DNA from: a virus
DNA: 46,626 nt
Strand: one strand, 5' to 3'
IMG/VR virus record: IMGVR_UViG_3300037851_000404
Coordinates: 1-46,626 of that record
Shown here: positions 26,493-35,167 of the stretch, one piece after another
Position numbering within the stretch: the first letter of the stretch is position 1
How the letters are laid out: every line of letters starts with the position of its first letter
The notes under the pieces: model-generated
Seen by the model: the letters and a program-made list of their open reading frames with translations, nothing else
Told to the model about the DNA's origin: nothing
Database searches by the model: none
Translations under genes and position numbers: made by a program

Positions 26493-28983
26493 TGTAAATG
26501 GTCTCCAATCTTTCAGCTAGTTTAAACTTGTCAACTGGGAAGTCTTTGTGCTTGATCTCGATCATTTCTTCCTTGCACATATTGAAGCTGATGGATAGGT
26601 CGGCTGGAGTGTCGATTCTAGTTTCGTGCCAATAGAGTGGGCGCTCAAGTGATTGCTTGATTAGCATTAGGATTCTAGCATGTTCGATTAGTGGAAGTGA
26701 TATAGGAATTTGAAACACTATTGAGTCATGAATCTGAGCAAGAAGTTCAACTGGACGAAAGATTTCTTGGTTGTAATAGACGTATTCAAGCCCATGTTCA
26801 TTGATCTTGTCAGCGGTGGTTGATTGAGGAAGCTGGGCATATCCTTCACGCCAAGTATTCTGGCAAGCACTTAGTGGGACATTAGGATAGGAAGGTACAA
26901 CAGGGCCTAGGAACAAACGCTTTCGACCCATTAAGTTTACAACCATTCTATTTTTCTTAAGCATGTTTTGAATCAAGATGTGAAAGCCACCTCTAATTTG
27001 AGGATACCCTCGGTGGATTTTCTCGAGTGTATACTTGGCTTCACTCTCAGGCATTTCATTCTTAAGTGCAAATGTCTTATATCCAACATCGTAGTTGGTA
27101 GCGTGGTTGCCTTTCTTGCCCCAATAGCGTTCACTCTGGCGTCCGTCACCTAGGGTTGATGATCCGTCTTTGGAGGAGATTTCGTCGTAAGGCTTTCCAA
27201 AGATAATCGAAGCGGTAAGTCTATGTAAGTCAACTCCTGACTCGAAAGCCTTAATTTGCTCAATAACTCCTCCAACATATGCAACAAGCCTATTTTCGAT
27301 TTGGCTAAGGTCGAAGGAGTATCCAATATAACCCTCGTCGAATACAAAGAATCTAAGTAAATCGTGAGGCCAATTCTGTTGGTTTCCTCCAGTTCCAAAT
27401 ATAGTTTCACCAGACGAGAGTCTTCCTGTCTCAGCTCCAACAGGCTTATAGGATGATCTGTAACGTCCATCTTCGTCAACCTTTCCTATGTTAAGGTAAG
27501 TTGAAATACGCTTGGACAATGAGCGAATGTCGAGCATTAGACGAGCTGCTTCAGACCCAGGTCCGCCCTTGCGAAAGATGCGCTTGAGTGCATCAACGTC
27601 TGAGGTTTCAGTATATTGGCCTTTGGTATTTTTCTTCTTATATGGTTTTAAGCCGAGTTCTTTGTAGAAGTAATTCATCAGCTGAGCTGGCGAATTGTGA
27701 TTGATCTCGTAGCCGACTTCTCTGTTAAGTGCTTCTGTTAATTCATCAAGTTTCTTTTGCTCCTTATCTTTGAAGTCTATCATCCCTTGAACGTCAATCT
27801 TGATTCCTCTCTCAGCCATATAAATTAGTGGCTTGATTAACTTCCTCTGACGTTCGTAGGTTTCTAGATTCTCCTGCTTTATGAGTTCTTGGATTTGCTT
27901 AGGGAAAGCATCTGAGGCAGTGATAGAATCCATAGCATTGTAATGCCACCACTCGTCCCAAGAACCTGCTCCAAGTTTCATCCACTGCTTGCCGTCTTCC
28001 TTGTAGTATGGAATGTCTGTGTGCATGGAAGTTACGAATGCAAGCCCAGCGTTGAAGTCTGGATAGGAAATTTTTTGAGCTATTTGGGTGCAGTGAAGGT
28101 TGCCCCTTGGACGCATCCCATACTTGTGGAATAGAAACTGCATATCAAAGATGAAGTTTGCACCTACTTTGTTGATTTCTCTGGATTCAATAATCCTAGA
28201 GAGAAGCAATAGAATTTCGAGCTCTTGGTCGGGAGTGAAGTAGTCACCTTGAGACCATCTAAATGGTATAGAAGCTGAGTCCGTTGCTGACCATCCAACT
28301 GAGAAACAATCAACTTCTCCGTTAATGACTTCAATGTCGATAGCAATAGTTTGACCTCTTTTTCCGACCTCGAAGCAATGATCAAGGATTCCTTTGGCCT
28401 GAGTAAAAGATGGCTTAGTAATGATATTGCGAGAGATTCGATGGATCTTCTTGAATTCCCCTTCATCTTTAGCCCTCAGCAAGTCATTGACTATGAGTGG
28501 TTTGTTTAGGAAGTTGAACTTTGGAGGGATGAATGTAGCTGGGTGAAATGTAGGAATTACTTTAAGGCCTGGGACAATAGTTGATTCAATAACTGACCCA
28601 CGCCACTTGGTTATGCCAATTCTTGAGGTTAGTGCTAGGAGTGGAATGTTTCCAGTAGCAATCACAATGTTGAGGTTTGGAAGAAGGGACAACTCACGTC
28701 CGAGTTCGCGGATGTAAGTCATCCCATCTTCAGATATTGAGGACTTTCCTCGATTGTCTATTCTGATGTAATGTTCGAGAGGTGCGTCGAGATCCTTTAT
28801 CACGTTGGTGAGGTAGAGGGATTGCCTAGGGATTCTTGCCATCACTAGACATTCATCAAGACCTTGCCCAGCAGGTCCGACGAAAGGTTTTCTTGACCTA
28901 ACTTCTTGATGCCCAGGCTGTTCACCACAGATGGCTATCTTTGCAGTTAGGTCCCCAGAGGGCGGAACATAGGTTCGACGCAT
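26446..28983 (-). CDS. Family A DNA polymerase with N-terminal UDG-like (family 4/5) domain and 3'-5' exonuclease domain
   Basis: 845 aa. UDG motifs CGEQPG...PFVGPAG and FHPA. ExoI IAIDIE. Pol motif A DLSQIENRL, motif B KKGNHATNYDVG, motif C QIHDS. GGAGG RBS. Confidence 0.85.
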   Translation of the reverse strand: MRRTYVPPSGDLTAKIAICGEQPGHQEVRSRKPFVGPAGQGLDECLVMARIPRQSLYLTNVIKDLDAPLEHYIRIDNRGKSSISEDGMTYIRELGRELSLLPNLNIVIATGNIPLLALTSRIGITKWRGSVIESTIVPGLKVIPTFHPATFIPPKFNFLNKPLIVNDLLRAKDEGEFKKIHRISRNIITKPSFTQAKGILDHCFEVGKRGQTIAIDIEVINGEVDCFSVGWSATDSASIPFRWSQGDYFTPDQELEILLLLSRIIESREINKVGANFIFDMQFLFHKYGMRPRGNLHCTQIAQKISYPDFNAGLAFVTSMHTDIPYYKEDGKQWMKLGAGSWDEWWHYNAMDSITASDAFPKQIQELIKQENLETYERQRKLIKPLIYMAERGIKIDVQGMIDFKDKEQKKLDELTEALNREVGYEINHNSPAQLMNYFYKELGLKPYKKKNTKGQYTETSDVDALKRIFRKGGPGSEAARLMLDIRSLSKRISTYLNIGKVDEDGRYRSSYKPVGAETGRLSSGETIFGTGGNQQNWPHDLLRFFVFDEGYIGYSFDLSQIENRLVAYVGGVIEQIKAFESGVDLHRLTASIIFGKPYDEISSKDGSSTLGDGRQSERYWGKKGNHATNYDVGYKTFALKNEMPESEAKYTLEKIHRGYPQIRGGFHILIQNMLKKNRMVVNLMGRKRLFLGPVVPSYPNVPLSACQNTWREGYAQLPQSTTADKINEHGLEYVYYNQEIFRPVELLAQIHDSIVFQIPISLPLIEHARILMLIKQSLERPLYWHETRIDTPADLSISFNMCKEEMIEIKHKDFPVDKFKLAERLETIYNELKSKQSKGIPQSV

Positions 28984-29000
28984 CTCGATTTCCTCCGAAA

Positions 29001-29023
29001 GATGATTAAATGATTTAATTAAC
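29001..29023. repeat. 23-bp AT-rich palindromic boundary motif, copy 9
   Basis: GATGATTAAATGATTTAATTAAC. Contains the stop of the ParB-MTase gene (29015-29017) and lies 18 nt upstream of the polymerase start at 28983. Confidence 0.9.
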
Positions 29024-30331
29024 TTTCATATTGTGCAACTTGACAAGGAATGAGTCTCGATAGGATTTGCTAAGTTCGAATCCAACAGGGGTCATACCAA
29101 GATTGTTCGCCGCTATGATTCCAGACCCAGAGCCGAGGAAGGGAATTAGAACTCTAGAGCCAGTAAAAGCGAAGGTATCATAGATGTCGGTCATCAGATC
29201 AACCGGACGCTCAGTCGGATGAGATTTCTGCTGTGGAGATACCGGAGGATATGTAAAGACATTAGCGCGACCTTCTTTATTAAGAACAGGACGACCTTTC
29301 CAGGCGTAGAAGAACATTTCATAGGAGTTAGCGAGATACAGCTCCGGCCTTTTAGCTTGACCGTACCCTTTGTTCCAAATTCCACACATCCGAGTTGTAG
29401 TGAATCCTGCATTATGAAGCTCCTGATAAATGATCTCGAACCAAGGTTCTGGGGCAAACCAGCAGAGAAGCCATGAGTGCTCAGTCATGACTCGGTAGCA
29501 TTCGTGAAAGAGTTTTGAGAGGAATACTTGGTATTGATCTGAAGGAATTTCGTTGTACTGATCTTGGACATAGATGGACTCGCCATCTGTTTTCTTCATA
29601 GCGTTGAGATCTATGGCATATGGAGGGTCGATTTCAACCAGGTGGATTACATTGTCAGGGATTTTCTTAACGCCTTCAAAGAAGTCTGCAATGATGTAGG
29701 ACTTGGCAAGTTGATTGATCTTGCTATCAGAGCGATTGGACTCGAGTTTGCGAGCAATCTCTTCCTTTGTGATCATCTCGTCAATTTTCTTAATGATCTT
29801 AGTTGCGTCCTTCTGAGTCTTGCATTCTTCGAACAATTCAGGGAAGGCCTCTCTTGCTTCCGACCGCTTGATGGCGGTAGAGACTGAGGCATCAGTGACA
29901 CCAGCCATAGCTGCTGTGTCCTTCAATGTCCAGCCTTGGTGCCCAGGGCCAGGAGCAGCTACGCCATGGATAGATTGTTGAAGTTCGTGAATTTCCCTGA
30001 TGAGGTTGTCAGTTTCCCAATACTCGAAATCCTTGCGATAGAAATTTTCAGCGAGCTCGATTGACTTCATTTCGAGATCTGTGATTCCATCAGGGTAGAT
30101 ACGAACAGGGATGAGTTCGACTTTGTTACGCTCGAGGACAATGAACCTACGTTCTCCAGCAAGGAGTCGATAGGTCCCATTGTCAGACTGTTTCACAGCG
30201 AGAGGGGATATAAGACCTCTCTCGTGCATTGACTTCTCCATCCCATCAAGGTCGCCCATTTCCTTACGAGCTCTGTCACTGATAGAAATGGAGTTGAGGG
30301 GAACCATCTTTACTTCACCTACGTTAATCAT
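29015..30331 (-). CDS. ParB-like nuclease domain fused to a DNA methyltransferase (DPPY; N6-A or N4-C class)
   Basis: 438 aa. ParB N-terminal pattern LLAGERRF. MTase motif IV EIDPPY and motif I-like LIPFLGSGSG. Confidence 0.8.
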   Translation of the reverse strand: MINVGEVKMVPLNSISISDRARKEMGDLDGMEKSMHERGLISPLAVKQSDNGTYRLLAGERRFIVLERNKVELIPVRIYPDGITDLEMKSIELAENFYRKDFEYWETDNLIREIHELQQSIHGVAAPGPGHQGWTLKDTAAMAGVTDASVSTAIKRSEAREAFPELFEECKTQKDATKIIKKIDEMITKEEIARKLESNRSDSKINQLAKSYIIADFFEGVKKIPDNVIHLVEIDPPYAIDLNAMKKTDGESIYVQDQYNEIPSDQYQVFLSKLFHECYRVMTEHSWLLCWFAPEPWFEIIYQELHNAGFTTTRMCGIWNKGYGQAKRPELYLANSYEMFFYAWKGRPVLNKEGRANVFTYPPVSPQQKSHPTERPVDLMTDIYDTFAFTGSRVLIPFLGSGSGIIAANNLGMTPVGFELSKSYRDSFLVKLHNMKVN

Positions 30332-30540
30332 TTGACCTCCAGAGATTTGAGAATTTCCAAAGCTTGTTCGGCTGTTAGTTTGGGAGTCTCCTTTGCTTTA
30401 GCCCTTTTGGATGTAGTTGACTTGCTCACTTGTTTGACTGGAGTCCTTCGAGACAGGCGAATTTGTCTGATATGCTCGAGGGCTTCATCAGTTCCCATTT
30501 CGGAAAGTGGAGGAATCTGGATGTCGTCTAGATCAGCCAT
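30328..30540 (-). CDS. Hypothetical small basic protein
   Basis: 70 aa, ATGA overlap with the downstream gene. Confidence 0.45.
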   Translation of the reverse strand: MADLDDIQIPPLSEMGTDEALEHIRQIRLSRRTPVKQVSKSTTSKRAKAKETPKLTAEQALEILKSLEVK

Positions 30541-30802
30541 CGTTAGCCTCCTTGCTGCGCTTGTCGGCTTCTTTCAGCGACTTGATTATGTCTCTTGGTT
30601 TAGCAGCTTGATCGAGGAGGATTCCGATGACTATTTGACCATGCTCCTCGATCAAATCAAGAAGGTCCTCAAGAATCGGAGTCATTATAGCCTTGCGAAC
30701 TCCATGAGTTGATAGCAGGACATTGGCTCGATTCTTTAGTTCCTCGCTAATTTCAAACGCAAAGCGAGGAATGTAAGGGGTGGTGTCTAGCTTGCTCATC
30801 AT
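30533..30802 (-). CDS. Hypothetical; possible ribbon-helix-helix DNA-binding protein
   Basis: 89 aa. IPRFAFEISEELKNRANVLL resembles an RHH beta-strand plus helix. Weak call. Confidence 0.3.
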   Translation of the reverse strand: MMSKLDTTPYIPRFAFEISEELKNRANVLLSTHGVRKAIMTPILEDLLDLIEEHGQIVIGILLDQAAKPRDIIKSLKEADKRSKEANDG

Positions 30803-31983
30803 CTCCTCCAGGTTGTAGTTGGCATTATTACTTCCTTGATTATTCTATCATGATATGGATAGATGGTTTTGATTAAAGTAGATATTTCTCCGCCAATGTC
30901 GGTAGTTGGGATGTAGCCGAGATCGAATAGTTTCTGATGAGCTGGGTTGTAGTAATGATTGTAGGATTCTGACCTAACATTTGGAAGGTTTTGGACTCTA
31001 GTTGAGATGCCTAGTTCAGATGAAGCTGTAATGACTTCAGATGCAAGCTGGGATATTGAGTAGATGTTTTCGAACTGGTTGAGTGTTCTGTATTCGCCAA
31101 GTTGGGGTGGATTATCTATGACGATATTAAGGCATTGGATTGAATCTTTGAGCGGCAAGTAGCCACGCGTCTGAGATCCATTGCCGTAGATTGTCAATGG
31201 AATGTTGGATAGAGATTGGACACAGAAGCGGTTGATAACTGTGCCAAAGTACTGATCGTAATCAAAGCGGGTGATTAGGTACTCGTCGTCATCTGTGGTA
31301 TTCAGACCGAAGACTACGCCCTGCATGATGTCAGTTGAGCGAAGTCCCCAGAGCTTGCAGGTGAAGATGATGTTGTGAGTGTCGTGGACTTTGGATAGGT
31401 GATAGAAGGACCAAGGGGAGCGAGGGAAAGGGAGGCCAGCCATAGGACAGTCCATAGTAGATGCATATCCATCGTAGTTGCCAAGGCATTCTGGAATCTC
31501 CCCTTCAGGAATGTCACAGTTAGGTGTCCCATACTCTCCCATTGTTCCGAGTTTGACCAAGTGAGCATTTGGACAGTGATCATGCATAGCCCAGAGGAGG
31601 GCTAAGGTTCCAGAAATATTGTGATGTTGGGTAGTGATAGCATGTCTCACGTTGACCATTGAGTAGGGTGCTGAAGGTTGCTCGGCCAAGTGGACAATTG
31701 TATCAGGCTTGTATTCCCTAAGGACTCTGGAAACCAGGTACTCATCATGAAGATTGATGAAGGCTATGGAGTCGATGAAGTTAGGGAATTTCTTAAGGTA
31801 TTCATTCCTTTGATCGTGAGACTTGATTGGGGTTAGAGAAGTACTCCCAGTTGTTTTAACTCTCAGACGTCGACTAAGATTGTCTAGTCCACAGACTTCG
31901 TATTTATCAGGTTGACGAAGCAGATGGTTAGCAAGTGCCCATCCAATATAGCCGTCTATTCCAAGAATCAGGACTCTATTCAA
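30799..31983 (-). CDS. sqdB: UDP-sulfoquinovose synthase (SQD1/SqdB)-like extended SDR
   Basis: 394 aa from TTG, with GGAGG 7 nt upstream. GIDGYIGW Rossmann motif. VKLGTMGEYGTPN, FYHLSKVHDTHN, NRFCVQS and GSQTRGYL match the SQD1 signature blocks as I recall them, including the SQD1-type Thr, Tyr-His and Lys. Confidence 0.7.
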   Translation of the reverse strand: MNRVLILGIDGYIGWALANHLLRQPDKYEVCGLDNLSRRLRVKTTGSTSLTPIKSHDQRNEYLKKFPNFIDSIAFINLHDEYLVSRVLREYKPDTIVHLAEQPSAPYSMVNVRHAITTQHHNISGTLALLWAMHDHCPNAHLVKLGTMGEYGTPNCDIPEGEIPECLGNYDGYASTMDCPMAGLPFPRSPWSFYHLSKVHDTHNIIFTCKLWGLRSTDIMQGVVFGLNTTDDDEYLITRFDYDQYFGTVINRFCVQSLSNIPLTIYGNGSQTRGYLPLKDSIQCLNIVIDNPPQLGEYRTLNQFENIYSISQLASEVITASSELGISTRVQNLPNVRSESYNHYYNPAHQKLFDLGYIPTTDIGGEISTLIKTIYPYHDRIIKEVIMPTTTWRR

Positions 31984-32524
31984 GGTCGAACCTCCTTAAG
32001 GTGACATTTCCGAAGTCGGCAATTTCTAGAGATTTCTCGTGGTAAGGGATAGATTCGAGGGTGACTAGCTCAGTGATTCCTGCGTTGACTATTGCAATCA
32101 TGCAGTCTTTGCAAGAGATTTCCTTAGTGTTCATGTACATAGTGCAGCCTAGCACTGAGGTGCCTAGACGAGCTGCATTGATGATAGCATTTACTTCTCC
32201 GTGGGCTGCAGGACATTCATGTAGACCTTCACCGCTTTTGTAGCCTTTAGATCGTCGAGGGCAGGAGTTAACTGTTACGACTTGAGGTTCACCTTTGCAT
32301 CTAATAATCTTTCCTGGGGCAATACTTGTTGCTGAGATTGGTCTGGCAGATATGATTGCTTGGACTGAACTGCAGTGAGGGAATCCTCGTGGAGGGCCAT
32401 TGTAGCCTGTTGAGACTATCGAATGGTCTCTCACGAGGATCACACCTACTTGCCGGGACAAGCAGGGAGATTTAGCAGCCACTGCATTGCAGATGTCGAA
32501 GAAGTACTTGTCCCAGCGGTCCAT
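31976..32524 (-). CDS. dCMP deaminase (zinc-dependent CDA family)
   Basis: 182 aa from the internal ATG at 32524, with a GGAGAA RBS directly after the upstream stop. HGEVNA (HxE) and SCKDC (CxxC) zinc motifs. Confidence 0.8.
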   Translation of the reverse strand: MDRWDKYFFDICNAVAAKSPCLSRQVGVILVRDHSIVSTGYNGPPRGFPHCSSVQAIISARPISATSIAPGKIIRCKGEPQVVTVNSCPRRSKGYKSGEGLHECPAAHGEVNAIINAARLGTSVLGCTMYMNTKEISCKDCMIAIVNAGITELVTLESIPYHEKSLEIADFGNVTLRRFDLE

Positions 32525-32525
32525 G

Positions 32526-32867
32526 TTAGAATTTCTCCTCTCGGATGCAGGCATATAGTTTGAAGAGATAGTTGAAGGTATCGACGAACTTTTCTTCCCA
32601 CAGCTCGATTGGAAGCTGTTCCTCGCTGATCTTCGTTGTCGTCTGGCCGCCGAACTCAGCATTGATCATATCACTGAGGGACATGATAGGTTTGGACACA
32701 AGGTCCATGATCATCTGCGGAGTTTCCTTGTTGCGGAACCTGGCGAGGTTGCGAAGGCTGAGGAGAACATCTTGCTCGCTGAAGTATTCCTTCTCCTTCT
32801 CCCTGCGCTTTGCAGCGGCCTTGGCGAGGATAACTCGGTAGTACTTTTCGAAGAGCTCTTTATCCAT
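32526..32867 (-). CDS. Hypothetical; possible all-alpha NTP-PPase/DUF1599-like protein
   Basis: 113 aa. The C-terminal EKFVDTFNYLFKLYA resembles the D..NY helix of DUF1599/MazG-like proteins. Weak call. Confidence 0.3.
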   Translation of the reverse strand: MDKELFEKYYRVILAKAAAKRREKEKEYFSEQDVLLSLRNLARFRNKETPQMIMDLVSKPIMSLSDMINAEFGGQTTTKISEEQLPIELWEEKFVDTFNYLFKLYACIREEKF

Positions 32868-33030
32868 TTGCAGCCTCCATTTCTTTTACCTTGAGTTTGG
32901 TTTGCCACTTCTTCAATCGCTTCTCCCCAACATCTTTTACAAGACGCTGAAGGGCATTGGAAGGAGAAAGGAACAGAACTTCCTCCTTGAAGAAGTCTCT
33001 ATGGGCCTTTTCGATTTCGTCCAGAGACAT
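32860..33030 (-). CDS. Hypothetical small protein
   Basis: 56 aa from the ATG at 33030. The track ORF extends to 33105 only by reading through motif copy 10. Confidence 0.4.
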   Translation of the reverse strand: MSLDEIEKAHRDFFKEEVLFLSPSNALQRLVKDVGEKRLKKWQTKLKVKEMEAANG

Positions 33031-33053
33031 ACAAATTCCCACTTCAGCCTCCA

Positions 33054-33076
33054 GATAATTAAATGGTTTAATTAAC
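33054..33076. repeat. 23-bp AT-rich palindromic boundary motif, copy 10
   Basis: GATAATTAAATGGTTTAATTAAC, between the stop at 33114 and the start at 33030. Confidence 0.9.
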
Positions 33077-33113
33077 TTATGCGTGATATAGTATGCGCAT
33101 CCCACTTTGCGAT

Positions 33114-33530
33114 CTAGCGCTTCACCACGTAGCGCTTCACGCTGTTCTGGTCGCCATACTCGTCGGACTTCTTCACGCCGAGAACGACCCAGCCTTCCTT
33201 CCCAGGCAGGTCATCCTCCCAACTGAAGGGGCGGGAGTAGTCGACGCCGAAGCAGGCAGCAAACTGCTTGAACTGGTACATGGAACGCTGGAACTGCTTC
33301 GCGTTGAGCTTGGATCGATCGAGTTCCCAGAAGAAATCGCTGAACTCGATCACCATCGGGTCAGCGGGAACGTCGTAGACGACGCTGTACCAGGTGCAGT
33401 CGTTCTTGTCGCTGATGCCAGTGCGGACGCTGACGATGCGGGCTTTGACTTCCGCTCCGACGTTGAGGGTCTTAGGCTCAGGCGCTCCGCTGATTTCCTT
33501 CTCCAGATCGCTGTAGTCGGACATAGTCAT
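33114..33530 (-). CDS. DUF669-like protein (candidate phage ssDNA-binding protein)
   Basis: 138 aa from the ATG at 33530 (AAAGGAA RBS). GC-rich. Lies next to the AAA_24 ATPase, which is the usual DUF669 context. The architecture resembles DUF669. Confidence 0.45.
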   Translation of the reverse strand: MTMSDYSDLEKEISGAPEPKTLNVGAEVKARIVSVRTGISDKNDCTWYSVVYDVPADPMVIEFSDFFWELDRSKLNAKQFQRSMYQFKQFAACFGVDYSRPFSWEDDLPGKEGWVVLGVKKSDEYGDQNSVKRYVVKR

Positions 33531-33574
33531 TTGTAGATTCCTTTCTGTTGAGTGGTTTGGGTTAGGGTTTTTGG

Positions 33575-33727
33575 TTATGCTTGATTTTTGTCTTCTTTGT
33601 TCACCTCCTTCTTGGTTGGAGTTAGTACATCTGAAGCGAACACACACTCAGGTTCGCTGCAGCGGTCACGCTTTCCACCTTGTCTAACGTCGTGGAAAGG
33701 GCATCCAATTTCAGTGCAGGCGTTCAT
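33575..33727 (-). CDS. Small Cys4 zinc-ribbon-like protein (below the track size cutoff)
   Basis: My own translation gives 50 aa, MNACTEIGCPFHDVRQGGKRDRCSEPECVF..., with a C-x4-C-x13-C-x4-C pattern. It starts 2 nt after the upstream stop. Confidence 0.4.
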   Translation of the reverse strand: MNACTEIGCPFHDVRQGGKRDRCSEPECVFASDVLTPTKKEVNKEDKNQA

Positions 33728-33729
33728 AG

Positions 33730-34548
33730 TTAGAGCTCCAGCTTAGGTTTGTCCTCCCATGACAGGCCAACTTTTTTCAGAATCTTCTTGATGTTAGGCT
33801 CCTCCTTTTCCAAGAGTTTTCCACCAGCTTTCAACCGAGACCTTGCGACGTACTTACCTTGGGCATCAGTGACCAGTTCACGCCTGACGCCGCTAGAGGT
33901 TTCCTCGCCTCGGAGGACATAGAGTTCGTCGAACTGCATTGGGATAGTTACCATCGCCTGGCCGGTGGTGAAGAAGCGATAGTAAACTCGCTTGATGTCA
34001 GAGCCGTCCTTGGTCTGGCCGACAACTTCATCAAGCTGTCTGAGGTGGCCGGTTAAGATAAAGTCGCAAGGAAGATTCATCAGCTTCTTGATGTAGTTAA
34101 TCATCAAGGTCTTCTGCGGAGTGTAGTCTTTGGTGAACTTTGGAGCCTCGCCAGCGCGATCTGCTTTTCCAAGTTGATAGTTCATAACTGCATCGCCCCA
34201 GCTTGAGGCGCTGTCTAGGACATAAGTCCCAAACATTTCGAAGTAGCCTGTCTGAAGACGGATGTCGACTGTCTTCATCCACTCTCCGAAGACTTTAGGA
34301 TCGAAAGGATCTTCACGCTCCCACTGGGTATCTGCGATGATATCTCCAGACTTAATCCACTCACGAACGGACTTACTTCCGCCTGGATCAAAGCTGTCAA
34401 TGTGGACAGGGAAGCGAGCAGTTGAGACGAGGAAAGTTTTTCCACTGCCACTTTCGCCAGTAACAAGTGCCGAGAATCGCTTTTGGAGATTATCTTGATT
34501 GTAATAATCTCGTACTCGTTTGAGTTCTGCAAGTTTGTCATAGGGCAT
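33730..34548 (-). CDS. AAA_24 (Sak4-like, RecA-fold) ATPase
   Basis: 272 aa. Walker A TGESGSGKT. The size and context are typical of phage AAA_24 recombination ATPases. Confidence 0.65.
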   Translation of the reverse strand: MPYDKLAELKRVRDYYNQDNLQKRFSALVTGESGSGKTFLVSTARFPVHIDSFDPGGSKSVREWIKSGDIIADTQWEREDPFDPKVFGEWMKTVDIRLQTGYFEMFGTYVLDSASSWGDAVMNYQLGKADRAGEAPKFTKDYTPQKTLMINYIKKLMNLPCDFILTGHLRQLDEVVGQTKDGSDIKRVYYRFFTTGQAMVTIPMQFDELYVLRGEETSSGVRRELVTDAQGKYVARSRLKAGGKLLEKEEPNIKKILKKVGLSWEDKPKLEL

Positions 34549-34591
34549 TTTTAGACCTCCTTACTATCATTAGGGTTTGTTAATCTCGGCG

Positions 34592-35122
34592 TCAGTCGGC
34601 ATCGTTTTTTTTTTCTTTCCTATTCCCCATCGCTTGGTCTATAGCTTGCCTCAATGTCCGGCCAGTATGTTTTAGCCCGAGCCCGAGCCGCCCAGTGCCT
34701 TCAGGGTTGCTATGCAGTAACAAGCCTTCCTTGGTGTTGCCCATCTTTTCGAGCCAGTCGAGTCGATCTTTGTCAGTCGGCATCTTCGGCCTCCGTCTCG
34801 ATTGCGCGAGTTGTCCCTTCAGTTTTGCGTTCTCGGCCTTGAGCCGGTCGTGCTCTGCTTCGAACTGATCGCGCTCGGCCTCGGTAGCGGTAAGCTTCCG
34901 CGCCATGTTGTCCAGGGCGCTGTCTCGCAATCCAAGCTCGGCCTCAAGCACCGCGATGCGGTTCAACATCCATCTGCGGCATGACAAGCAACTGCATGGA
35001 TGGTCCTCTTGCCATGTGTCAGTCCCACACGGATTACCTGTGATTTGACAGCGCAACTCCATCGCCTTTATCCTCCTATCCGTGGCTTCGTAACCTTCCC
35101 AGAAATACGGTAGCCAGCGCAT
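34592..35122 (-). CDS. Hypothetical coiled-coil protein (GC-rich island)
   Basis: 176 aa. N-terminal Cys cluster, a central coiled coil, and a C-terminal DRLDWLEK...RQAIDQAM. An A10 run sits near the 3' end. Confidence 0.55.
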   Translation of the reverse strand: MRWLPYFWEGYEATDRRIKAMELRCQITGNPCGTDTWQEDHPCSCLSCRRWMLNRIAVLEAELGLRDSALDNMARKLTATEAERDQFEAEHDRLKAENAKLKGQLAQSRRRPKMPTDKDRLDWLEKMGNTKEGLLLHSNPEGTGRLGLGLKHTGRTLRQAIDQAMGNRKEKKNDAD

Positions 35123-35167
35123 TTTACCCCCCTTCGTTCTCGCGGCCAGGTTGCTGCACTGGAGTGT

